Assembly (NCBI GenBank): GCA_051294375.1
Contig: CM119267.1
Location: forward strand, 25,683,293 to 25,747,292
Source: Paraspadella gotoi
Lineage: Eukaryota > Animalia > Chaetognatha
Direction of reading: 5' to 3'
DNA length: 64,000 nt
Shown: positions 24,243 to 35,461 of the stretch, in pieces
Layout: the number at the start of each line of letters is the position of its first letter
Numbering within the stretch: position 1 is the stretch's first letter
Notes under the pieces: model-generated
Told to the model about the DNA's origin: nothing
Database searches by the model: none
What the model saw: the letters and a program-made list of their open reading frames with translations, nothing else
Program-made: the position numbers and the translations under genes

Positions 24243-25450
24243 AATGAGTTGATCAAATTAGTGGATAGCATTTGCAGTTTTTGATTATTTTCTTGGCGAT
24301 CCCGGAGTTGAATTCCCTCGGGGGAGGCTTATGGGAAAACGAAGAGAAAAAAGAGGAGAAAATAAAGTTTGTTTCTTTACGGAAAAAAAAATTTAAGACC
24401 GTAACAACAATGATATTAAAAACGTTTTTAAGCTTCACGAGCTAAGGAATTCTTTTTAATTCTTAAAAAAATTTAATTATAATATTTTTTTTCATTGCCT
24501 TTGATAGATATTTACAAAATAAGTTTTTATAAGTATTTGGATACTAACTTTCAGAGATAGAGAGAGAGGCAATTTTAACCTTGATATCTCTCACTCTCTC
24601 CGAATTATTAAATGACCATTATAATCATAAACAAAATTTTGTTATTTTGTAAATATTATTATTATATTTTTTACAAATTTATTAATATTTAAATAATATT
24701 TTTTGAAATGTTAAATTATTGTATACTTAAGCCGAAACTTAATTTTAAATTTAACTCTAATTTACCCCTAACCCTAATTTACCCCTAACCTTAACTTACC
24801 CCTAACTTATTTTTAACCTTAATTTATTTTTCTAGTTAACCTAAACTTATTGTTAATTTATTCTTAACCATAATTTATTGTAACCTTAATTTTTACCAAA
24901 ATATATATTGGTTGTACCAATTTCATATAACAAAAATAAAAAATCTCTAACTGGTGGGCTCTGGGCCTAACTAAAACTCACGTCTATCGGAAACGGAAAG
25001 GCATGGGAGGTGAATAAGTATATTTCATATCTGGGTTCTATACTCTATCCGAAAATATAAAAAGGTCCAAAAAAAGGGAGAGAGAAAGAGGCGGAGAGAG
25101 AGAGAGAAGATGGACTGAACCTAAACTTGAACGCGGCCCCGAATCCCCGTTAGGAGGATGAGGAGGGAGGAGGAAAAGAAGAGGAGCTGTAGACCCGCGT
25201 AGTCTACCGGCCTTCGATTCTGAAAATATTTAAAAAAATTATATCTGAATTTCTTTATTTTTTTCCCGAAACATCCTCTTTTGTTCCATTTCGTTTCTCT
25301 TATTTTTTCCGTTATAATTCTTTAAGAAAAACCTTGCTCTTCGTTTTCCCATAGGCCTCCAGAGGGCATTGATCTCCAGGAATGCCATTTTCTTTTTGTT
25401 ATTTGTTATCTCAAAAGCAATTGCTTTATTTCGCTCTTATTCAGAGAGCC

Positions 25451-26629
25451 ATGAGCAACAGCAACGCCGGTTTTCAAACGACTTCCCTTTCGGGACTGTC
25501 GACTTATTTGCAGCAGCTTGAGACTTCCTTGACGAGCTTCTTGCTGGAGACGGTGCTGCGGTTCCAGGCGATGACTCGGTCGCGCGTCTTTCTATGTATA
25601 GAGTCGGACGAGCGGAAAGTCTTTTGCGGAACCGATGGCCTCGTCGACGCCTTCATCGCTGGCGATTTGACCTTCGTCGCCGAACGTGACGTCGAGGTGA
25701 CGTTGGAGTCGACGACGACGGCGTTGAGGGAGAGGGTTCCGGCGGACGCTTCGAGGAGAAGGAGTAGGAGAAAAAGGAAGAACGAAGAGGTGGAGACCCA
25801 GACTTCTGCGAAAAAAAAATCCTTGTCGGGAGTCGAGGATTCGAAGGTTGTCATCCTTGTTGTTGTAATTGTTGTTTTATTCTAAACCAGAAAACTATTC
25901 CCTTTTTGCCTTCGATGCTTTTTAGGCCATCGTCGCTCTAAAGTCGGAGCCTTCGACGTTGATTCCGTCTTCAGTCAAAGTGGTAGAGGTCGTCGTTGAC
26001 GACGATGAGGACGACGAGATCGTCTACTTGGTCGACGAGGACAACGACGACAGCTTTGCCTTCGTCGGCGTCGAGTCTCCAGACGCCGCTCACCCTTCTT
26101 TACTCTACGACTCGATTCCCGAAAAAATGTCGGCGAAAATGTCGGCCATCGATTCGATCCAAGACCCGCTCCTAGTCTACAAGAAAGGCTCGGCCGAAAA
26201 CAAGATCCTCGCTTCGATTCTCTACGACTTCGGCAAGATGTTCGGCGTGGCTTGCGCCGAGGAGACAGTTTTGCCCGCCTCCGAAGCCGAGTTCGCCTCT
26301 ATCCACCCGCCTTTGGAGAAGCGGAGGCTTTTTTACATCATGCTTGAACGGTGAGAGCGGAAATTTAATCTACATAGTACATTTTTCTTATTTAAAATCC
26401 ATTATTATTTTTTGAATTTTTCTTATTCAGTTTCATCGCGGAAAACTTGAGTCGATTGACCGTGGACCCGGAAAAGAACCCCTTTGCTGGAACCGAGTCT
26501 GATTGCATGAACGCCAATTCCAAAGTAGCGTACATGAGGAACATCGCGCGCTCTGGCTTTCGGGGAGCCTTTCGCAGGACCATGAGTAGACGATGGAAAA
26601 AAAGGGGCCAGTCTAACTTCGCTTTTTAA
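25451..26629 (+). CDS. MADS/SRF-like N-domain family protein, paralog D
   Basis: Exons 25451-25846, 25926-26350, 26431-26629. ETVLRFQAMTRSRVFLCIES; DPLLVYKKGSAENKILASILYDFGK; MRNIARSGFRG. Confidence 0.78.
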
Positions 26630-26755
26630 ATCTTTGTTATCTTTGAGTAAGACGAAGCGAAAAGACTAGTGTTTTCCCTTGCTCAAGTTTGAGAAGATAG
26701 AAAATAGGACTCCTACTGGTCTTCGCCGTTTTTCTCGCTTTTGCTATATAGTATA

Positions 26756-27473
26756 CAGAAGGCTTCATATTATACCCCTTTTTTGTGACCAGAACACGTT
26801 CCGAGAAAACTACTGGACCAAATTTATTGAAATTTGGAATGAACAATCCCTATGTAAATACAAATAGAAATATTTGAGGCGAATTTCAATAATTAACCCC
26901 TGAGCCGAGATATGGGCCCTCTGGGGGGTCACCCATTGGGGCAAAAAATGGTCAAAAATTTTTTACAAATATTTAAAATATTTTTGTTTTGAACAGTTGC
27001 ACAGACGTTTACTCTTCCACAAAAATCTATTTATTACTTCAAAAATATTAGTTTACTTTAATTTTAATCTTCATGAACATCAGCTGTTCAAGTCAGATTT
27101 GGAATAATTTTAGAAAATTGGAAGTAAAACGATGAACCATGCATCTTCAAACAATGCTTAGTTATTGAAAATTTATCAATTTTAGTTCTAAAATTTTTGT
27201 TTTATATGTTTAAGATGTCAATGCACCTGATGCTACTAAAAAATATTAAAATAAAAATAAAAATTTAGCCTTTTTTGGCCCCCCAGGGGTCCAGCCCCAG
27301 GACCCTGTATCTCTTGTCAGGGGTTGAATTTCAAAATTCGCCTCGATAGTTCCATTTATATCGTCATTAGGACTGTATATGTAAAATTTCATAAAATTCG
27401 ATCGAGTACTTTGGTAGGAATAGATTCTGGTCACAAAAAAGGGGTACCACATTTTATAATATGAAGCCTTCTG
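26756..27473. mobile_element. MITE with long TIRs and TA flanks (Tc1/mariner-type); second copy 62173-62904; fragments at ~29390-29480, 31212-31425, 33360-33540
   Basis: TA-CAGAAGGCTTCATATTATA...TATAATATGAAGCCTTCTG-TA. Confidence 0.85.
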
Positions 27474-27821
27474 TATACGCAATACGCCAATAGGACCGTG
27501 TTAATCCTGACGGTATTTATGATTATTTAACCTTTACCCTTATAAAATTCTTTGTGCGATAATTCTTTGTGCCAATACTGCAATAGTCCTTAAAAGGTTT
27601 TTATTTTTATAAAAAGGGAATTTTTCCGTTTTTGGGTTTTTAGTCCGAAAATTTAAAAATAGATTTCGAAATTATGCCAATATATGTTCGTCGTGGCGAT
27701 ATGACTCAGTTTTTAATGACGATCAGTTCGTGGCGTCGGTTTTGACCTTAAATATCGTTTTAGATTCTCATTTAAAACCAACCAGTCTTTTTTATAATTT
27801 TATTTCGTTCGCTTTTAAAAG

Positions 27822-28790
27822 ATGTCGGAAGCGGATTTGAACTTGAGCTCGCTGCCGGCCGCCAGTCGCGTCGAGAGACTTAAACAATACCTGACGAAAT
27901 ATTCGAACAAGTGCACCCCCTCGTCCCACGAGCTGCTGGAAATGGTTCTCTCCTTCAGCGCCTTCGAAGACCAAAAGAATAATTTTTGCCTTTATGTGGA
28001 CGCATTTAACGGCGAGCTCAAAGTTCGTTCTCCTTTGACTTGGGCCTGATGCAATAACGCTTTCATTTTTCTTCTTAAATTCATCTTTTTTTCATTTTTT
28101 ATTTCAGAAAAAACTTCAGGAGAGACTTGAGACTTTCTTGAGCGAAGAACTGGAATCTTCCGATCTCGGAGTCAATCTTGAGAAGATCGATAAACTCGAG
28201 GAAAAGTTTCGTGAGGAAAAGGGCGACATCGGCCGACTCGCATGGAGGCCGAGCAAGGACGTGGAAAAGAATGTTCAAGCATACAGGTTTGCCAACATTT
28301 TCATGTCCTTACAATTTAATATTCTACGGAAATGTACGCAAAACAATGATGATAGCCTCATTTCAAATAATCTTTGATCGTCGCAGAATCGCGGACAAAA
28401 ATATGACGCTATTTCGTCTTATAGTAAAAACGAATTTTGAATTCTCTCACGTTTTCCAAACGATTAAAAACCGAATTCTTAAAATAAACTTTAATGAATG
28501 AAATAGAAGCTTTGTCGTGTGGTAAAACATAAAAGGTATATAAGATGACCCATTGATTCTGTATTTCCTACAGAATTTTAGAGAAGCAACGCTTTCTTTT
28601 GGAATTGAAGAAAGAGCTCGCGGCGACTGAAGACGCGGTCGAAGCTCGACTCAAAACCGTCAAGACGCAAGAAGTTGCCATTTCTCAGAAGAGAAAAAGT
28701 CTGAAGGGAAGCGTCGAGCGACTGGCCCAGTTGCGCCGGGAGACCCTCGTCGATGTCCTGAAGGACGCCAACGAAAAATTCTCGTGTTGA
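27822..28790 (+). CDS. PMF1: PMF1/Nnf1-like kinetochore (Mis12 complex) subunit
   Basis: Exons 27822-28022, 28108-28286, 28574-28790 in frame. LEKIDKLEE...AWRPS motif followed by coiled coil. Confidence 0.6.
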
Positions 28791-28889
28791 CGCCGTTGAC
28801 TCCGGCTTTTTTCTTTGATTTCCATTCGGTTGTTACTTTTTATATCGCTTTTTAAATAGTTTTATTTCTTTTTAGTTTTTTGTTTAAAG

Positions 28890-31800
28890 ATGTTGAAACA
28901 GCGGATTGGTGAATACGGACCCGATTCTGGTGGACGAGTCAAAGGCGTCACTATCATGAAACCCATCGTATTCGGAAATCAGGTCGAGTGATGGTGATGG
29001 CAGATTGACTAGCGTCAATTGTCTCATGGTTAAATATTATAGTGGAGATCCTTGTTATTATTATATAATGCTCTCTCCGTTTTTCTGACCGAGAATCGGT
29101 TCTGACCAAATCATTGAACCAAATTTGATGCGTACAATGGACATATAAATGAGACTATCGAGGCGATTGTAACCGTGTTTTACCCCTGAGCTATGATTCA
29201 GGGCCATGGGGGGAGGTCACTCCAGTTGGGCAAAACTGACCAAAATACTTTTTTAAAAAAGAGACATTTTTTGGGTGGGATCAATTACATTTATGTCCTA
29301 ACTTTGTAGAAAAAACATTTTAAAACGAATTTTCATGAATTTAAATTGATTTTTCGTCCTTTGAAAATGCTGAGACTGTGGCGAATTCTCAATCAAACAT
29401 TTTTGAAGTAATAAATAGGTTTTTGTAGAAAAGTAAATGTCTGTGCAACTGTTCAAAACAAAAATATTTAAAAAATTTGTATTTTAGCGAAAACAAAGTT
29501 TAGATTTGTACTACAACGATTTTTTATTTAATGTGAACAGACATGTTTCGACTCTTGTTCGAGCCTTCATCAGTGTTTTGACAGACTATCAAAATCTTTG
29601 CAAAAATAATAAGTGTGTGAGAGAGAGAGAGACAGAGTTAAAGTTTCCAACAAAGTGGTGAGACAGAATAGTGGTCAGAGGTGAGGACAGGTGAAGGCAA
29701 GGCCAGATTGAGTGAGTTTTTGAAAAGAAGTGAAATGGTCAAACAGAGAGAGAGAGAGAGGTAATATGATACATTTGTGCAATGTACAACAAAGATATAA
29801 GATTTTAAAGTGGAAATAACAATTAGCTAAATAATAAATTAAATTAAATATAGAATTTGAAATGTGAAATATGAAAAATTACATTTGTTAGGGATAATTA
29901 AGTTAAAGAAAAGAAAGGATGAAATATAAGAGATAAGATAGAGCTCAAAATGAGCTGGCCCCCTTTGGTGGAGCAAAGGAGAGACATGGACGATGTGGTC
30001 AGGTCATTAGCGCGTCAATGGTTGAGAGGAGAGTATTACTGAGCTGGTAAATGTCGGGCTGGGGATTGTTCCTTGTGGGAACATTCCTAGTGCTACTCTT
30101 ATGTCTCTCTGGCCTGTTACGCTTGCTGACTGCCCTCTTCTCGCCTGCTGGTGAGATGGGTGGGTGTCCGTTCTTGCTGCTTTCGCGGCAGGAGTGGTGG
30201 ACTCCTCTCCTTCCTCCTGCAGCCGTCGTTTTGGGGGACGCTCGGTCCACAGAGAGAGGGACTGAGTTGCTGCATTTGAAGGAGAGGCATCGCCTGTCCA
30301 TTGCCTGCGCAAGGGTCTCCGCCTGCCTCGTTGAGTGGAGGTAGGGGAGTCATTGTGCGGACGTGGTGGAGGCGGGGCCTTCACCATGCTTTTGATAAGC
30401 GAATCATAGCTTGCAGGGAGATCGAATCGTCCTCCATCACGGTTCAAAGAGGGCTCGAGAGCTTTGATGTAGACTGCCTCTCTAATACCTCTTGAGAACC
30501 AGTTCGGGTCATGGGACAGCACGAGACAGTCTGATTCTCTGAACAGATGGCCTGTATTTGCCGAGTGTTCGGCAATTGCTGACAAGTAGTGACCTCGGGC
30601 GTCACGATAAGGCTTTGTCGATCTGTCAGAGACTTGCCTGTCTCGCCCACGTATGCTGCTGTGCAGGCTTGGTTGCCCTCCCCTGCACAGGCCGCCCAAT
30701 AGACGGCTCCTGATGTTTTCTGTCTGGGAATTTTATCTTTCGGTTTCACCAAATGCTCACGTAGAGAGCCGCGGGTCGTCACTGAAGTGGAGATTCCCTG
30801 CTTTGCCAGCACCCGCACCAATGCTTCAGTGATTCCCTGGTGGTAGGGGAGGGACAAATCTAAACTAACTGATGGGTAGGTCCATCGTCTTTATCTCTCT
30901 ATGAGTAAAGTCAAAGGAAAAGTCCAAAAAATAGGCAAAAAAAGTATATTCTCTGAGAGGGAGCTCGCGAGCTGAAGTAGAACCCAAGACAGAACTAAAA
31001 TCTCTCTCTTTGCTCCTTCTGTCGTCGCTCGATGAGGAGGAAGGGAAAGGGAGGAAAAGAGGCGGAAGAGGAAGAAGAAAAGGTGTCTCGAGCGAGAATG
31101 GGGAAGAGAAATGGGGGAATCCAGTGAAATATACTCATCCCTCTATCTGCTAAACTTTGTTTTCGCTAAAACACCAAAACTCAACAAAACGAAAGGAATA
31201 CCACATTATGGCTAAAAAATTTTTGACCATTTTTTGCCCCAATGGGTGACCCCCCAGAGGGCCCATATCTTGGCTCAGGGGTCAATTATTGAAATTTGCC
31301 TTGATATTTCTATTTGTATTCAGATAGGGATTGTTCATTCCAAATTTCAATAAATTTGATCCAGTAGTTTTCTCGGAACGTGTTTTGATCACAAAAAAGG
31401 GGTACCACATTTTATAATATGAAATTATAATAAAAGACGTTTTAAATTGTTCAAACAACGATTTTATTAGGGTAAGACGGACATGTTTCGGCTTTAATTG
31501 TACAAGCCTTCATCGGCGTCAAAGATGTTTGTGAATTTCAAACAAAGTTTGTGCAAAGGAAAGGAGAGAGAGAGAGAGAAAGAGAGAGAGGGCAAAGTTT
31601 CCAACACAGAGTTGAGAGAAGAATAGTGGTCAGATGTGAGGACAGGTTAAAGTGAGGACAGAATGAGCTAGATTGTGAAAAGAAACTAAATGGTGAAAAA
31701 TTGAGAGAGAGAGAGAGAGATAGAGAGACATTTGAAAGATAATACATTTTTTGTAATGTACAACAAAGATAAATTGTTGAAACTAAAGGTGAAATAAATA

Positions 31801-34800
31801 TTTTTAACAATTAACTATTAATAAATAACAGAGTGTGAAAAATTGAAAAATGAAAAAGTGAAATTGAGAGATTTGTGAAATAAGTATTAATATGAAATAA
31901 AGTGAAAGTTCAAGGATTAAGAAAGGCTCAAAGTGAGCTGGCCCCTTTGGTTGAAGCAAATGATGGGTCTTGACGATGTGGTCGAGTCATTGACGTGTCA
32001 ATGGCTGAAAGATAAAATCCCCAGACCGAAAACATCAGGAGCCGTCTATTGGGCGGCCTGTGCAGGGGCGGGAAACCAAGCCTGTGCAGCAGCATACGTG
32101 GGCGAGACAGGCAAGTCTCTCACTGACCGATTTCAACAGCACACGAAACCTTATCGCGACGCGAGAGGGCATTACCTGTCTGCTGTGGCCGAACATACAG
32201 CAAATACTGGCCATCTATTCAGAGAGTCAGACTGTCTCGTGCTGTCCCATGACCCAAACTGTTCTCAAGAGGTATTAGAGAAGCGATTTACATCAAAGCC
32301 CTCGAACCCTCTTTGAACCGTGATGGAGGACGATTCGATCTCCCTCCAAGCTACGATACGCTTATCAAAAGCGTGGTGGAGGCCCCGTCTCCACCACGTC
32401 CGCACAATGACTCCCCTGTAGCCACTCAACGCAACAGGCGGAGACCTTTGTACAGGCAATGGGCAAATGATGCCTCTCCTTCAACTGCAGCAACTCATTC
32501 CCTCTCTCTGTGGAGTGAGCGTCCACCCAAAAGACGGCTGCAGGAGGAAGGGGAGGAGTCCACAACTCATGTCGCCAAAGCGGCAAGAACGGACAACCAC
32601 CCATCTCGCCAGCAGGCGAGAAGAGGGCAGTCGACAGGCGTACCAGGCCAGAGAGACATTAGGGTAGCCCTTGGACTCTTCCCGCAAGGAAAGCCTTCCC
32701 AGTCCAACACACACAGGCTCAACCAACATGACCTCTCAGCCATTGACACGTCAATGACTCGACCACATCGTCAAGACCCTTCATTTGCTTCAACCAAAGG
32801 GGGCCAGCTCACTTTGAGCTCTTTCTTAATCCTTGAACTTTCACTTTATTTCATATTAATACTTATTTCACAAATCTCTCAAATTTCACTTTTTCATTTT
32901 TCAATTTTCACACTCTGTTATTTATTAATAGTTAATTGTTAAAAATATTTATTTCACCTTTAGTTTCAACAATTTATCTTTGTTGTACATTACAAAAAAA
33001 ATGTATTATCTTTTAAATGTTCTCTCTATCTCTCTCTCTCTCTCTCAATTTTTCACCATTTAGTTTCTTTTCACAATCTAGCTCATTCTGTCCTCACTTT
33101 AACCTGTCCTCACATCTGACCACTATTCTTCTCTCAACTCTGTGTTGGAAACTTTGCCCTCTCTCTCTTTCTCTCTCTCTCTCTCCTTTCCTTTGCACAA
33201 ACTTTGTTTGAAATTCACAAACATCTTTGACGCCGATGAAGGCTTGTACAATTAAAGCCGAAACATGTCCGTCTTACACTAATAAAATCGTTGTTTGAAC
33301 AATTTAAAACGTCTTTTATCATCCAAACACAACGAAACGAAAGGAAATAACGATGAAATTATAATATAAAATTTTTGACCATTTTTTGCCCCAATGGGTG
33401 ACCGGGTGATCCCCCAGAGGGCCCATATCTTGGCTCAGGGGTCAATTATTAAAATTTGCCTTGATATTTCTATTTGTATTCGGAACGTGTTTTGGTCACA
33501 AAAAAGGGGTACCACATTTTATAATATGAAGCCTTCTGTATATAAATAGCTCACTGGTGCCCACTAATGTATAAAATTGAAAAATAAATTTATCGAAGTA
33601 TTTTCATTGGTTCATGTTCTAAAATTTTATTATTTTCACACAATAATAGTATTAATTAATTAATATTTTTATGGTAACATTGATGTACATCTTAAGTACA
33701 TGTTTTTGCCGAACTAACTTGTCTTTTGGGCTAAAAATAAATTTTGATGTTTGGATATAATATTTGAGTTAATAAAATATTAAGGTGTTTAATTAGGCTA
33801 AGATTTTTTCCTGACGTCAATATATTATTTTCCCGCATTCTCGTTAATTTACTGCTGGTTAGGATACCTTTTCAGAGAATTCTTTAATGTGTGACAAATA
33901 TTCAAATATATAATTATATTGAAGTTTAATTTTTTCTCATAAATAGCTTTAAAAGAACCCTAACCTTGTGTTAAATAATAACGAGAGAATAGCAATCATT
34001 TTTAATGTGTCGCTCTTTACATAATTTGCGATTCATGATTAGGATTACTTCATATAAGAAAAATGGTACAGAAGCCAGCAACGAAAGTGATACTGATATT
34101 AAACATGTAAAACATAGGTTTAGGGTTATTTTTTATCACTAAATATGATTTAAATTAAGTAATTTTAGCTGGGTTTTTTGGTTTTTTTTGGGTGGGCTTC
34201 ACACATCACACATGTCTCCCCTTTGACATAGGTCCATCAATTTAAATTTATTCTTTGTTCTCCATATGAAAGCTGGCCTGACCCTCTTTGGTTATTGATT
34301 CTGGAAATAGAGTAAAAATTATTTTTTCACAATAGTAAATGTACTTACTTACGTTTAGGATAAAAAAAAGACAAAATTTAGAAAAAAAATTGTTCATTTT
34401 TTCCCATCTTGGCTGACCCCTATATCTCGAGTCAAAGGTCCAATTTCAAAAATGCCCTCGATAGTCCTATTTCTATCGCCCTAAAATTAGTTCATGCGCA
34501 ATTTTATTTCGTTTCTTTCCTTTAGGCGCGTTATTTCGGGAAGAAACGGGAAGAGGACGGACATACGCACTCGTGGACGATCTACGTGAAGCCCTACGAA
34601 AACGAAGATCTTTCTGTCTACGTGAAAAAAGTTCACTTCCGGCTGCACGAGTCCTACTCCAACCCCGTCCGCGTCCTCACCAAGCCACCTTACGAAGTAA
34701 CCGAGACCGGCTGGGGCGAGTTCGAGGTTCAGATCAAGATCTACTTCCACGATCCCAACGAGAGACCCGTTACTATTTACCACATTCTCAAACTGTTTCA

Positions 34801-35254
34801 AACCGACCCTAGCGTCATGACGGGGAAGAAGCTCGTCATCTCGGAACATTACGACGAGGTTAGAGAAGGGTAGCTTGATCTTGGCCGATTCCTTTAGTTT
34901 TTTTGAGGGGGAAAAAGGATATTGACCGATGAATTTATCGTATATATTACCTTTCATGATATCCGAATTTCGTCACAGATGATCTTTCAAGATCCCTCGG
35001 CCATGATGCATCAGTTGCTGACGACGTCGCGACCAGCATCTTCGGGGACGTGGAAACACGACACGGACTTTGAGGAGAAGAAGCGAAAGACTCTAGTGGG
35101 GGTGTTGGCAGCCAAGCAGAAGATCCGCCGTGAGATCGGTGAACTTCAAGAAAAGCTCAAGACGAGCAAAGACGCCGTCGCAAAGCTGAAGACAGAATTG
35201 AGCCGGACTCAAGAGATGGACGTTTTGATGGAGGAACTAAAAGATTTGGGCTAA
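28890..35254 (+). CDS. YEATS4: YEATS domain-containing protein 4 (GAS41)
   Basis: Exons 28890-28982, 34526-34858, 34979-35254. [60 protein letters not shown]. Confidence 0.95.
29535..29578 (-). ncRNA. Minimal type I hammerhead ribozyme (Penelope pLTR)
   Basis: AACA-CUGAUGA-A-GGCUC gaacaa GAGUC-GAAA-CAUG-UC/UGUU, with palindromic stem III ACAUGU. Confidence 0.82.
30867..31149. mobile_element. ~280-bp insertion (probable retroelement 3' end) inside the Penelope inverted repeat
   Basis: Flanked by a direct repeat CTAAACT that splits the sequence ACAAATCTAAACTTTGTTTTCGC. A segment of similar composition lies at ~24945-25220. Confidence 0.5.
31476..31520 (-). ncRNA. Hammerhead-like motif with CCGAUGA core (inverted arm)
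   Basis: Reverse complement of 33229-33273. Confidence 0.65.
33229..33273 (+). ncRNA. Hammerhead-like motif with CCGAUGA core
   Basis: GACG-CCGAUGA-A-GGCUU...AAGCC-GAAA-CAUG-UC/CGUC. Confidence 0.65.
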
Positions 35255-35461
35255 TAATCGCCAATTAAGATATTGCATTCATTGTTTAATTTTGATCTAT
35301 TATTTCATAATTTTTAGATTAAACGGGAGAATTTATTCTCATTGGCAAACATTTGGTCAAGCTTGGACAAATTTTAATCGTAACTTTTCAAAGCGAAAAC
35401 TTTTTAAATTTTCTTTCGTTCTCTATAATTTTGAATAAAAGGTTGACGATTAGACATAACC

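Larger units (their letters stand above)
29482..31212 (-). mobile_element. Truncated Penelope-like element (GIY-YIG endonuclease end + pLTR) in YEATS4 intron 1
   Basis: LPYHQGITE..., [37 protein letters not shown] on the minus strand (frameshifted). Inverted terminal segment 29482-29502 / 31150-31170. Confidence 0.88.
31430..33355 (+). mobile_element. Penelope-like element with ~580-bp inverted pLTR arms around a GIY-YIG fragment
   Basis: 31430-32007 is the reverse complement of ~32736-33319. Centre encodes [40 protein letters not shown]. Confidence 0.9.

Noticed and set aside
24765-24830. Interstitial telomere array
   Set aside because: Only a few degenerate CCCTAA-like units within an AT-rich repeat.
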